Shown here: piece by piece, positions 10,098-19,505 of the stretch
Position numbering within the stretch: position 1 is the first letter of the stretch
Layout of the letters: every line of letters begins with the position of its first letter
From: Lachnospiraceae bacterium
GTDB lineage: Bacteria > Bacillota > Clostridia > Lachnospirales > Lachnospiraceae
Reading direction: 5' to 3'
Length of the DNA: 64,000 nucleotides
Assembly (NCBI GenBank): GCA_017399685.1
Contig: JAFQBM010000035.1
Span: 2,174 to 66,173 of the forward strand
Translations under genes and position numbers: made by a program
Notes under the pieces: model-generated
Seen by the model: only the letters and a program-made list of their open reading frames with translations
Told to the model about the DNA's origin: nothing
Databases searched by the model: none

Positions 10098-10231
10098 GTT
10101 ACTGTTCACACAGTAACCTGACACTTGCTGTCAGGTTACGTAATAGAGTGATTCAGGGGTTGGTTTTTGCTTCGCGAAGCGAATTTGCATGCAAAAACCA
10201 ATTCGTAACTGTTCACGTGTGAACAGTTACG
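10098..10231. repeat. Cluster of nested palindromes (GTAAC/GTTCAC family)
   Basis: Four palindromic units are present: GTTACTGT-tcac-ACAGTAAC; GTAACCTGACA-cttgc-TGTCAGGTTAC; GGTTGGTTTTTGC...GCAAAAACCAA; and CGTAACTGTTCAC-GT-GTGAACAGTTACG. Confidence 0.7.
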
Positions 10232-10388
10232 AAAAAATGAGATTTAGACTATGACCGGATGATACAATCTTGATTATTTTAGTTACTTATGATAAAATGG
10301 ATTGATATTAGGTGTCTGCGGGAATGAACTTTATTTTCCCAATGTGATGCACGAGATTGATAGTAAGATAAAAGGAGCGTTTTTACCA

Positions 10389-11117
10389 ATGTCAGGACAT
10401 TCAAAATTTGCAAATATTAAACACAAAAAAGAAAAAAATGATGCTGCCAAGGGAAAGATTTTTACCATTATTGGTCGTGAAATCGCAGTTGCAGTAAAGG
10501 AAGGCGGACCAGACCCAGCCAATAACAGTAAGTTACGAGATGTCATTGCAAAGGCAAAGTCTAATAACATGCCAAACGATACCATTGAACGTGGAATTAA
10601 GAAGGCTGCCGGAGATGCCAATGCTGTAAACTATGTATCGATTACATATGAAGGTTATGGTCCTAATGGTACTGCTATTATTGTTGACGCTTTAACAGAT
10701 AATAAGAATCGTACTGCAGCTAACGTAAAGAACGCATTTACTAAGGGTGGCGGAAATGTAGGTACTCCTGGATGTGTATCTTTTATGTTTGATAAAAAAG
10801 GTCAGATTATCATTGATAAAGAGGAATTTGAAGGAGATGCAGACGAATTAATGATGACTGCATTGGATGCTGGTGCAGAAGATTTTAATGAAGAAGAAGA
10901 CAGCTTTGAAATCGTGACAAATCCGGATGATTTTAGTGCAGTCAGAGAAGCTTTAGAAGCAGCGAAAGTTCCTATGGCATCTGCAGAAGTAACCATGATT
11001 CCACAAAACTGGGTAGAGCTTACTGCAGAAGATGATATTAAGAAGATGAACCGTATCCTTGATTTATTAGATGAGGATGATGATGTACAAAACGTATATC
11101 ATAACTGGGACGAATAA
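10389..11117 (+). CDS. YebC/PmpR-family DNA-binding regulator
   Basis: [17 protein letters not shown]-terminus typical of the family, with AAAGGAG upstream. The ORF track's start at 10302 is probably too long. Confidence 0.9.
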   Translation: MSGHSKFANIKHKKEKNDAAKGKIFTIIGREIAVAVKEGGPDPANNSKLRDVIAKAKSNNMPNDTIERGIKKAAGDANAVNYVSITYEGYGPNGTAIIVDALTDNKNRTAANVKNAFTKGGGNVGTPGCVSFMFDKKGQIIIDKEEFEGDADELMMTALDAGAEDFNEEEDSFEIVTNPDDFSAVREALEAAKVPMASAEVTMIPQNWVELTAEDDIKKMNRILDLLDEDDDVQNVYHNWDE

Positions 11118-11121
11118 AGGC

Positions 11122-11165
11122 AAAAAAGCCAGCCTGAGTTTTTGACTTTGGATGGCTTTTTCTAT
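11122..11165 (+). terminator. Rho-independent terminator after the YebC-family gene
   Basis: AAAAAAGCCA ... TGGCTTTTTC stem followed by a T-run. Confidence 0.6.
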
Positions 11166-11185
11166 TAAAAACGGGAGGAATTTCT

Positions 11186-12238
11186 ATGAAAGCATGGGAA
11201 AAGAATATTCGTAAGGTGGTTCCCTATGTACCAGGTGAACAGCCGCAACTGGAAAAAATGATAAAATTAAATACCAATGAAAATCCATATCCACCTTCGC
11301 CAAAGGTTATGGAAACAAGGGATAAAATAGAAAATCTCCGTCTGTATCCGGATCCTATGGTATCAAAATTAGTAAATGCCATTGCTGGTTATCATGGTTT
11401 GGAGCCGGAACAGGTTTTTGTAGGAGTTGGTTCTGACGATGTTTTGGCTATGGCATTTTTAACTTTCTTTAACAGTGAGAAACCGATTCTGTTTCCAGAT
11501 ATCACCTATTCCTTTTATGATGTATGGGCAGAACTTTATAAGATTCCATATAAGCAGCCGGAATTAGATGAGAACTTCCGAATTCGTAAAGAAGATTATA
11601 TGGAGGAAAATGGAGGTGTCATTTTCCCGAATCCGAATGCACCTACAGGAGTTTATGAAAATCTGGATTTCATCGAAAGTATCTTAAAAGCAAATCAGGA
11701 TGTCATTGTGATTATTGATGAGGCATATATTGATTTTGGAGGTACTTCTGCATTAGAATTGTTACCGAAATACGAGAATCTATTGGTGGTTCGTACATTT
11801 TCTAAATCCCGTTCCATGGCTGGAATGCGAATTGGTTATGCCATGGGAAATAAGGAATTGATTCAGGCATTGAACGTTGTCAAGCATTCCTATAATTCTT
11901 ACACCATGAATCAGCCTTCTATCTGTATGGGAGTTGCATCCATAGAGGATGAGGAGTACTTTAAAGACAAAGTAGAGAAAATTATTGCCACCAGAGAGCA
12001 GTTTAAAAAAGATTTGGCAGAACTGGGATTTTCCTTCCCGGATTCAAAATCTAATTTTGTCTTTGCTACACATAAGACAGCAAAGGCTAAGGATATCTTT
12101 GAAGCTGCCAAGAAAGAAGGAATCTTTCTTCGATATTTTAACCAGCCTAAAATTGATAACTATTTAAGAATCAGTATAGGTACGGAGGAAGAAATGAAAG
12201 CTCTGGTTGCATTTTTTAAGAGCTATTTAAATCAATAA
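11186..12238 (+). CDS. hisC: histidinol-phosphate aminotransferase
   Basis: LNTNENPYPPSP motif and a PLP-lysine region (TFSKSRSMAGMRIGY). 350 aa. Confidence 0.85.
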   Translation: MKAWEKNIRKVVPYVPGEQPQLEKMIKLNTNENPYPPSPKVMETRDKIENLRLYPDPMVSKLVNAIAGYHGLEPEQVFVGVGSDDVLAMAFLTFFNSEKPILFPDITYSFYDVWAELYKIPYKQPELDENFRIRKEDYMEENGGVIFPNPNAPTGVYENLDFIESILKANQDVIVIIDEAYIDFGGTSALELLPKYENLLVVRTFSKSRSMAGMRIGYAMGNKELIQALNVVKHSYNSYTMNQPSICMGVASIEDEEYFKDKVEKIIATREQFKKDLAELGFSFPDSKSNFVFATHKTAKAKDIFEAAKKEGIFLRYFNQPKIDNYLRISIGTEEEMKALVAFFKSYLNQ

Positions 12239-12339
12239 GAGATAAAACTTTGAATCAGGAGCATTAAGAAATATGATGTTGGGGTCAAAAGGTATTTTGG
12301 CCCTGGTATTAAGAAGATGTAATCATAAGGAGTAGAAAA

Positions 12340-13200
12340 TTGAATCAGGATAAATTAATGGACTATTTAGAACAGGCATTAGACTGGTGTATTCAAAAAG
12401 TAGGCAGTGTACTTGTTACCCTTATTTTTGTATACATTGGTTTCCGACTGATAAAGGTAATCCAAAAGTTTTTGAAGAAAAGCCTGCAAAAGGCTGGTAT
12501 TGAGCCTGGTGTGATTACTTTTTTGTCATCATTTGTAAATATTGCATTGAAAATCGTAATTTTATTATCTGCAGCCGCCGGGCTGGGATTTAAGGTTACT
12601 TCCGTTCTTACTTTACTTGGTTCTGCCGGTGTTGCCATAGGGCTGGCACTTCAGGGCAGTCTTTCCAATCTTGCAGGAGGAGTTTTGATTTTAGTGTTAA
12701 AACCATTCCGGGTTGGTGATTATATTATAGAAGACAATAAAGGAAAAGAAGGAACTGTTACTGCAATCGATATTTTTTATACAAAACTGCTGACATCAGA
12801 TAACCGCGTAGTAGTAATCCCGAATGGAACTTTATCCAACACCAGTTTAACCAATGTTTCCAAAGAAGCAAAAAGAAGACTGGATTTAACCATGTCAGTG
12901 GATTATGAGCAGGATATCAAAGAAGCAAAACGGGTAATTTATGAGGTATTAGCAGGAAATGAGAAAGTATTGGAAAAAGAACCTATCTCTATTTTTCTGC
13001 AAAGCTTTGATGCCAGTGCCATCGTAATGGGAATTCGTTTTTGGGTAAAAACAGAGGACTATTGGGATGTGAAATGGGAATTACAGGAGAAGTTTAAGGA
13101 AGCTTTTGATGAAAATGGAATTGCAATTCCATACAATCATATGGATGTAACGGTTTTAGCCAAAGAACCAGAAGGAACTCAAAAAGAGAAAACATTATAA
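12340..13200 (+). CDS. mechanosensitive ion channel (MscS family)
   Basis: Three TM helices followed by the MscS beta-domain motif (FRVGDYI ... G.V..I......L...DN..V.IPN). TTG start with AAGGAG upstream. Confidence 0.8.
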   Translation: MNQDKLMDYLEQALDWCIQKVGSVLVTLIFVYIGFRLIKVIQKFLKKSLQKAGIEPGVITFLSSFVNIALKIVILLSAAAGLGFKVTSVLTLLGSAGVAIGLALQGSLSNLAGGVLILVLKPFRVGDYIIEDNKGKEGTVTAIDIFYTKLLTSDNRVVVIPNGTLSNTSLTNVSKEAKRRLDLTMSVDYEQDIKEAKRVIYEVLAGNEKVLEKEPISIFLQSFDASAIVMGIRFWVKTEDYWDVKWELQEKFKEAFDENGIAIPYNHMDVTVLAKEPEGTQKEKTL

Positions 13201-13240
13201 AACGCAAAATTAGAGAAAAAGAGAAAAGAGGTACAAGAAT

Positions 13241-14620
13241 ATGGCACAACTATGGGGCGGTCGTTTTACAAAGGAATTAGACCAACTTGCATATAACTTT
13301 AACGCATCGATTACATTTGATCAGAAATTATATCGTCAGGATATCAGAGGCAGCATTGCCCATGTAACCATGCTGGCAAAGCAGGGTGTACTGACGGAAG
13401 AAGAAAAAAATGTGATTATCGATGGATTAAATGGAATTTTAAAGGATGTGGAAGAAGGAAAATTACAGATTACTACAGAATATGAAGACATTCATAGTTT
13501 CCACGAGGCAGTTTTAATTGAGCGTGTGGGAGAAGCAGGAAAGAAACTTCATACCGGAAGAAGCAGAAATGACCAGGTTGCTTTGGATATGAGACTTTAT
13601 GTAAGGGATGAAATTGTGGCAATCAAAGAATTGGTAGTAAATCTGTTAAAGGTGCTTCATAAATTAATGAAGGAAAATACCACTACTTACATGCCAGGAT
13701 TTACTCATTTACAAAAGGCACAGCCGGTAACTTTGGCACATCACCTGGGTGCATACATGGAAATGTTTAAAAGAGATTATTCCCGTTTAGAGGATATTTA
13801 TGAAAGAATGAATTATTGTCCCCTTGGTTCTGGAGCATTGGCGGGAACTACTTATCCATTAGACAGAGAGTATACTGCCAGTTTACTGGATTTTAAAGGA
13901 CCGACTCTAAACAGTATGGACAGTGTTTCTGACAGAGATTATATCATTGAATTATTGTCAGCACTTTCAACGATTATGATGCATTTAAGCCGTTTTTCAG
14001 AAGAAATTATCATCTGGAATTCCAACGAATATCAGTTTATCGAATTAGATGATGCTTTTAGTACGGGAAGTTCCATTATGCCTCAGAAGAAGAATCCTGA
14101 TTTTGCAGAATTGATTCGTGGTAAGACAGGAAGGGTGTATGCAGCACTGACTGCAATGCTGACTACCATGAAGGGATTGCCTTTGGCATATAATAAGGAT
14201 TTACAGGAAGATAAGGAATTTACCTTTGATGCTATTGATACCGTAAAGGGTTGCCTGACTTTATTTGCAGGAATGTTAAAGACTATGACTGTGCAGAAGG
14301 ACAAGATGGAGGCAAGTGCAAAGAATGGATTTACCAATGCTACCGATGCCGCAGATTATCTGGTAAATCACGGAGTTGCATTTAGAGATGCCCATACCAT
14401 AGTTGGACAATTAGTACTTTATTGCATTGAAAAGAACATTGCCCTTGATGATATGACTTTAGAAGAGTTTAAAGCAATTTCACCGGTATTTGAAGAAGAT
14501 ATTTATGAAGCAATCAGCTTAAAAACTTGTGTTGAATTAAGAAATACCATCGGTGCACCAGGTCCAAAGGCGATGGAACAGGTCATTGCAATCAATGAAG
14601 AATTTTTAAATTGTTTATAA
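13241..14620 (+). CDS. argH: argininosuccinate lyase
   Basis: MAQLWGGRF N-terminus and the fumarate-lyase signature GSSIMPQKKNPD. Confidence 0.9.
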   Translation: MAQLWGGRFTKELDQLAYNFNASITFDQKLYRQDIRGSIAHVTMLAKQGVLTEEEKNVIIDGLNGILKDVEEGKLQITTEYEDIHSFHEAVLIERVGEAGKKLHTGRSRNDQVALDMRLYVRDEIVAIKELVVNLLKVLHKLMKENTTTYMPGFTHLQKAQPVTLAHHLGAYMEMFKRDYSRLEDIYERMNYCPLGSGALAGTTYPLDREYTASLLDFKGPTLNSMDSVSDRDYIIELLSALSTIMMHLSRFSEEIIIWNSNEYQFIELDDAFSTGSSIMPQKKNPDFAELIRGKTGRVYAALTAMLTTMKGLPLAYNKDLQEDKEFTFDAIDTVKGCLTLFAGMLKTMTVQKDKMEASAKNGFTNATDAADYLVNHGVAFRDAHTIVGQLVLYCIEKNIALDDMTLEEFKAISPVFEEDIYEAISLKTCVELRNTIGAPGPKAMEQVIAINEEFLNCL

Positions 14621-14631
14621 AAAGTAAAAAA

Positions 14632-14667
14632 TGTGGAAAAGCTTTTAAAATCAGAAGCTTTTCCACA
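14632..14667 (+). terminator. Hairpin after argH
   Basis: TGTGGAAAAGCTT-10 nt-AAGCTTTTCCACA. The T-tract is weak. Confidence 0.5.
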
Positions 14668-14709
14668 AATGCAGTTTTAGATTTCAGCAATGGAGACAAG
14701 GAGGTAACA

Positions 14710-14979
14710 ATGAACAAGCAGACAAAAGCGAAAGTAGAATTAGCACGAAAAATGTTAAGCGTGAAAATTGATGTAAGTGAAGTAATTTTAGTAACAGAAC
14801 TTCCAGAAGATATGGTACTTAAGATAAAAGAAGAGATAGATGCAGAAAGAAAGAAGAATTTTGAAGGGCTGGATGAACTGGATATCGATTTTGGAAGAGT
14901 CATCCAGGATGATTTTGATGATCATGGCTTGGGATTTGATACCTTAAGTATGGCAGCAGAAATGGAAGAAGAGGAATAA
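14710..14979 (+). CDS. hypothetical small acidic protein
   Basis: ATG at 14710 preceded by AAGGAGG. The longer 14611 start in the ORF track would run through the argH hairpin. Confidence 0.4.
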   Translation: MNKQTKAKVELARKMLSVKIDVSEVILVTELPEDMVLKIKEEIDAERKKNFEGLDELDIDFGRVIQDDFDDHGLGFDTLSMAAEMEEEE

Positions 14980-14982
14980 AGT

Positions 14983-15507
14983 ATGACATTGATTTTATCA
15001 ATTCTTGTGTTTTTGGTAGTGTTTGCAATGGAGTTTAAACTTCTAAAAATGAAGCAGCCTAGATGCAGAATATTCCGTGGCTTTTTTGAAGGCAGATTTT
15101 ATGAGGTTATGGTTTGTGGAGTAGGTGTTTGTCTTGGGTTTTCCAGTATTATAAACATTGCCATGGGAGTGGACTCCGGAAAATCTCAGGCACTTCTTGC
15201 CTTTGTTTCTAGTATTGCAGCCCTAAGTTTCTCACTTTTTGAATTTCGCATGGTGGGGGAAGGCTTATTTGAAGAAGGAATTGTCATTATGGGGGTAGTA
15301 TATGATTGGAAAAATATCATAGATTATCAGGTAAAACCAGTGTCAAAACGAGAAGGCTGGGCTTCCCTAACCATTTTAATAAAAAAGAAAAGTGGAAAAA
15401 ACGTATACCGAATGCTGCTAATTCCTAGTTCGGATTATGAGAAGTTTAAAACCAATATGCAAAAAGGTATGGAACGATTGGGAAAGAAGCAGGAAGAAGA
15501 GGATTAA
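14983..15507 (+). CDS. hypothetical membrane protein
   Basis: 174 aa. Three predicted hydrophobic helices are followed by a soluble C-terminus. It sits 4 nt after the preceding ORF. Confidence 0.4.
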   Translation: MTLILSILVFLVVFAMEFKLLKMKQPRCRIFRGFFEGRFYEVMVCGVGVCLGFSSIINIAMGVDSGKSQALLAFVSSIAALSFSLFEFRMVGEGLFEEGIVIMGVVYDWKNIIDYQVKPVSKREGWASLTILIKKKSGKNVYRMLLIPSSDYEKFKTNMQKGMERLGKKQEEED

Positions 15508-15562
15508 GTGAGTCAGAAGATTTTGATTTACTGTTTAAAGCATTTATATAATTTAAGTTTGT

Positions 15563-15601
15563 AAAAAAAGAACACATCCAAATTACAGATGTGTTCTTTT
15601 G
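15563..15601. terminator. Bidirectional terminator between convergent genes
   Basis: AAAGAACACATC-9 nt-GATGTGTTCTTT, flanked by an A-run and a T-run. Confidence 0.7.
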
Positions 15602-15642
15602 CTTTATAAGGATAAAGATTTTCGATAATTCACGATATATCT

Positions 15643-16857
15643 TTATTTATTGTTTAAGCCTTTCATAGCTCTAACCTTCATGGATAAACCAAATAAATTG
15701 ATGAATCCTTCTGCATCGTGGTGGTCATATAACTCACCAGTAGTAAAGCTTGCTAATGATTCGCTGTATAATGAATATGGAGAAGTAGTTCCAGCTTTGA
15801 TGATGTTACCTTTGTATAACTTGAATTTTACTTCACCGGTAACATATTCCTGAGTAGATTCTACGAATGCCTGTAGTGCTTCTCTAAGTGGAGTAAACCA
15901 CTTTCCTTCGTATACTAAATCAGCGAACTTGGTAGCAACTAATTTCTTGTATGCTAAAGTATCTCTGTCTAAGATTAATTCTTCTAACTGAGTATGAGCT
16001 TCCATAAGGATAGTTCCACCTGGAGTTTCATAAACACCACGGGATTTCATACCTACTACACGGTTTTCTACGATATCAATGATACCAACACCATGCTTTC
16101 CGCCTAATACGTTTAATTCACGGATGATGTCAGAAGCCTTCATGGCTTTACCATTTAACTTGGTAGGAACACCTTTTTCAAAAGAAAGAGTTACATATTC
16201 CCCTTCTTCAGGAGCCTTTTCAGGAGAAACACCAAGAACTAATAAATGGTCATAATTTGGTTCATTGGCTGGATCTTCTAACTCTAAGCCTTCATGGCTG
16301 ATGTGCCATAAGTTACGGTCGCGGCTGTAACTGTTATCAGCAGAGAAAGGAAGGTCGATTCCGTGAGCTTTACAGTATTCGATTTCATCTTCACGAGACT
16401 GCATCTTCCAGGTATCATTGCATCTCCAAGGAGCAATAATCTTTAAATCAGGAGCCAAAGCCTTAATAGAAAGTTCGAAACGAACCTGATCGTTACCCTT
16501 ACCGGTAGCACCGTGGCAGATAGCAACTGCACCTTCTTTACGTGCAACTTCTACTAATTTTTTTGCGATAACCGGTCTTGCGAAAGAAGTACCTAATAAA
16601 TACTTGTTTTCGTATACAGCATTTGCCTGAACAGTAGGAACTACATAGTCATCTATGAATTCATCTACGACATCTTCGATATATAATTTAGTAGCACCGG
16701 AAAGCTTTGCTCTTTCTTCCAGTCCATCTAATTCATTTCCTTGTCCAACATCGATACAGCAGCAGACAACATCATAATCATAGTTTTCCTTTAACCATGG
16801 GATGATGGCTGTAGTATCAAGACCACCAGAGTACGCTAATACAACTTTTTCTTTCAT
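15643..16857 (-). CDS. argG: argininosuccinate synthase
   Basis: [17 protein letters not shown]-terminus (AYSGGLDTS-type ATP-binding motif). The start was moved to 16857, which has AGGAGG upstream. Confidence 0.9.
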   Translation of the reverse strand: MKEKVVLAYSGGLDTTAIIPWLKENYDYDVVCCCIDVGQGNELDGLEERAKLSGATKLYIEDVVDEFIDDYVVPTVQANAVYENKYLLGTSFARPVIAKKLVEVARKEGAVAICHGATGKGNDQVRFELSIKALAPDLKIIAPWRCNDTWKMQSREDEIEYCKAHGIDLPFSADNSYSRDRNLWHISHEGLELEDPANEPNYDHLLVLGVSPEKAPEEGEYVTLSFEKGVPTKLNGKAMKASDIIRELNVLGGKHGVGIIDIVENRVVGMKSRGVYETPGGTILMEAHTQLEELILDRDTLAYKKLVATKFADLVYEGKWFTPLREALQAFVESTQEYVTGEVKFKLYKGNIIKAGTTSPYSLYSESLASFTTGELYDHHDAEGFINLFGLSMKVRAMKGLNNK

Positions 16858-16966
16858 AGTAAAAAGTCCTCCTAAATATTTATTTTCACTTATCATAAAT
16901 ATACAGCAAGGATGTATATTATGCAAGGATTTTTTCGATAAAAGTAGAAGAAGGAAAGAAAAAGTA

Positions 16967-17008
16967 GTTACTGTTCACACAGTAACCTGACATTTGCCAT
17001 AAGGTTAT
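16967..17008. repeat. Second copy of the GTTACTGTTCACACAGTAACCTGACA element
   Basis: The 26-mer at 16967-16992 is identical to 10098-10123. The following ~17 nt are a diverged copy of 10124-10140. Confidence 0.75.
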
Positions 17009-17072
17009 CTAAAATAATTTAATATCATAAGGAACGAAATAGGATGTTGAAATGTTACGGATGAAAGATAGA

Positions 17073-17124
17073 ATGAATATTTATAAATATATATCATAAA
17101 TATTCATTCGGGATGAATATTTAT
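17073..17124. promoter_or_regulatory. Putative ArgR (ARG-box) operator in the divergent argG / argB control region
   Basis: The 12-mer ATGAATATTTAT occurs at 17073-17084 and 17113-17124, and inverted (ATAAATATTCAT) at 17096-17107. TGAAT/ATTCA half-sites are the core of ARG boxes. Confidence 0.5.
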
Positions 17125-17303
17125 AAAACGGGCAGATTCAAGTTATGTTTAGAAAAATAAGAAAAAAAGAGGCAAAAGTTTTACTTGCATAATATACAAT
17201 GTGGATGTATAATTATGAAGTATTTTTAAAGAAAAGAACGTAAAAACGGATATCGGGATTTACATAAAAAGTATCCCTTGTAAGAAGGAAAGGAAAGAAC
17301 GTT

Positions 17304-18179
17304 ATGATGGAACAAGAATTAATCAAAGCACAAACCCTGATAGAGGCACTTCCATATATTCAGAAGTTTTCAAATAAGAAGATTGTGGTAAAGTATGGCG
17401 GAAGTGCTATGTTAGATGATAACTTAAAGTACAATGTAATCAAAGACGTAGCTTTGCTTAAATTAATTGGATTAAAGCCGATTATCGTACATGGTGGCGG
17501 TAAGGAAATCAGTAAATGGGTGGAAAAAGTAGGAAAAGAACCGGAATTTATCAATGGCTTACGTGTAACAGATGAAGAAACCATGGAAATTGCAGAAATG
17601 GTGTTAAATAAAGTAAATAAAGGCTTAGTTGCCATGATGGAAAAACTGGGATTAAAGGCAGTTGGAATCAGTGGAAAAGACGGCAGCCTGATGCAATGTG
17701 ACAAGAAACTTTCCGGTGGAAAAGACATTGGATATGTAGGAAATGTTACAAAAGTAGATGCGAAAATTCTGGATACCTTATTGGAAAATGATTTTATTCC
17801 TGTCATTGCTCCAATCGGTATTGGAGAGGAAGATTACCACAGCTATAATATCAATGCAGATGATGCAGCCTGTGCAGTAGCCACTGCCATTGGAGCAGAA
17901 AAACTGGTATTCTTAACAGATATTGAAGGCGTGTTTGTAGACCCTATGGATAAGTCTACTTTGATTTCTGAAATGACCATTGAAGAGGCACAGAACTTCA
18001 TTGACAGCGGAGTTGTAGGCGGTGGAATGTTGCCAAAATTAAATAACTGTATCGATGCCATGAGAAACGGAGTAAGTCGTGTGCATATTTTGGATGGAAG
18101 AGTTGAACACTGTTTATTACTGGAATTCTTTACTACCAAGGGTATTGGAACTGCAATTTTATCGGAACCTATTTTTTAG
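17304..18179 (+). CDS. argB: acetylglutamate kinase
   Basis: The amino-acid kinase motifs VVKYGGSAM and IVHGGG are present. 291 aa. Confidence 0.9.
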   Translation: MMEQELIKAQTLIEALPYIQKFSNKKIVVKYGGSAMLDDNLKYNVIKDVALLKLIGLKPIIVHGGGKEISKWVEKVGKEPEFINGLRVTDEETMEIAEMVLNKVNKGLVAMMEKLGLKAVGISGKDGSLMQCDKKLSGGKDIGYVGNVTKVDAKILDTLLENDFIPVIAPIGIGEEDYHSYNINADDAACAVATAIGAEKLVFLTDIEGVFVDPMDKSTLISEMTIEEAQNFIDSGVVGGGMLPKLNNCIDAMRNGVSRVHILDGRVEHCLLLEFFTTKGIGTAILSEPIF

Positions 18180-18251
18180 TTTATTCAGATGATATAGTAT
18201 TTTATGGAATTGATTCTTTCAGTTCCCCTGTTTAAAAAGGAGGAGATTTGT

Positions 18252-19427
18252 ATGAATTATATGGAACAAGCTGATAAAGTAATGATTAAAACCTATAACC
18301 GTTTTCCTGTAGTATTGGACAGGGGAGAAGGGGTTTATCTTTATGATGTTGATGGAAAGAAATATCTGGATTTTGCAGCAGGAATCGCAGTATTTTCTTT
18401 GGGATATAATAATAAAAAGTACAACGATGCATTAAAGGCTCAGATTGATAAATTATTACATACTTCTAATTTATTCTATAATGTACCGGCAATCGAAGCC
18501 GCTACGAAGATAGTAAATGCCACAGGGCTGGATAAGGTATTTTTTACCAATAGTGGAACAGAAGCCATTGAAGGTGCATTAAAAGTAGCGAAAAAGTATG
18601 CTTACAATAAAGATAATACCAAAGAATACGAATTTATTGCCATGAAGCATTCTTTCCATGGAAGAAGCAATGGAGCGTTGGCAGTGACCGGAAATGAAAA
18701 ATATCAGGAAGGTTTTGTACCAAAACAATTTCGTGCAGTATTTGCAGAATATAATAATTTAGAAGATGTGGTATCTAAGATTACAGATAAAACCTGTGGT
18801 ATTATTTTAGAAACCGTACAGGGAGAAGGCGGAATCTTTCCAGCTAAGAAAGATTTTTTAGAAGGAATAAGAAAGATTTGTGACGAAAAAGATATTTTAT
18901 TAATTTTCGATGAAGTTCAATGTGGTATGGGAAGAACTGGTTCTATGTTTGCATACCAGCAATATGGTATCAAACCGGATGTAGTGGCACTTGCGAAAGC
19001 TTTGGGCTGTGGTGTACCAGTAGGTGCCTTTGTAGCATCTGAAAAATGTTCTTCTGCCTTAGTGCCAGGAGATCATGGAACTACTTATGGTGGTAATCCT
19101 TTTGCTACAGCCGCAGTCAGCACAGTGTTTGATTTATATGAAGAATTAGATGTCATTTCCCATGTAAAAGAAGTGGGAGCTTATTTAGGAACAAAGCTTG
19201 AGGAAATGGCAGAAAAACTGGATTCCATAAAGGAACATCGAGGAATCGGTCTGATGCATGGTCTGGAATTAAATGTTCCGGTAGGAGAAGTTGTGAATAA
19301 GGCTTTGGAAAAGGGATTGATTGTGATTTCTGCTGGATGTAATACTTTAAGAATGGTACCACCATTGATTGTAACAAAAGAAGATATCGATGAAATGATA
19401 AAGATTCTGGAAAGCTGCCTTGTATAA
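18252..19427 (+). CDS. argD: acetylornithine aminotransferase
   Basis: Class-III aminotransferase features (FTNSGTEA, DEVQCGMGRTG, and the PLP lysine in the LAKALG context). ATG at 18252 with GGAGGAG upstream. Confidence 0.85.
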   Translation: MNYMEQADKVMIKTYNRFPVVLDRGEGVYLYDVDGKKYLDFAAGIAVFSLGYNNKKYNDALKAQIDKLLHTSNLFYNVPAIEAATKIVNATGLDKVFFTNSGTEAIEGALKVAKKYAYNKDNTKEYEFIAMKHSFHGRSNGALAVTGNEKYQEGFVPKQFRAVFAEYNNLEDVVSKITDKTCGIILETVQGEGGIFPAKKDFLEGIRKICDEKDILLIFDEVQCGMGRTGSMFAYQQYGIKPDVVALAKALGCGVPVGAFVASEKCSSALVPGDHGTTYGGNPFATAAVSTVFDLYEELDVISHVKEVGAYLGTKLEEMAEKLDSIKEHRGIGLMHGLELNVPVGEVVNKALEKGLIVISAGCNTLRMVPPLIVTKEDIDEMIKILESCLV

Positions 19428-19505
19428 AGCAGCTTTTCAGATATGGAAGAAGTTTAAAAGATATGTCGTGAATAATTGAGGTTTAATTACCTTTACGGAG
19501 GATTT

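Noticed and set aside
10204-10231. Possible Rex operator, since rex is in the window and the palindrome contains GTTCAC/GTGAAC.
   Set aside because: The Rex boxes I recall are TTGTGAA-N4-6-TTCACAA (TGTGAA half-sites facing outward-in). Here the half-sites are in the opposite arrangement (GTTCAC-GT-GTGAAC), and the copies are not upstream of typical Rex targets.
14611-14709. The extended N-terminus of the 14611-14979 ORF as given in the ORF track.
   Set aside because: The extension overlaps the argH stop and runs through the argH hairpin. A good RBS (AAGGAGG) precedes the internal ATG at 14710, so the shorter ORF is preferred.
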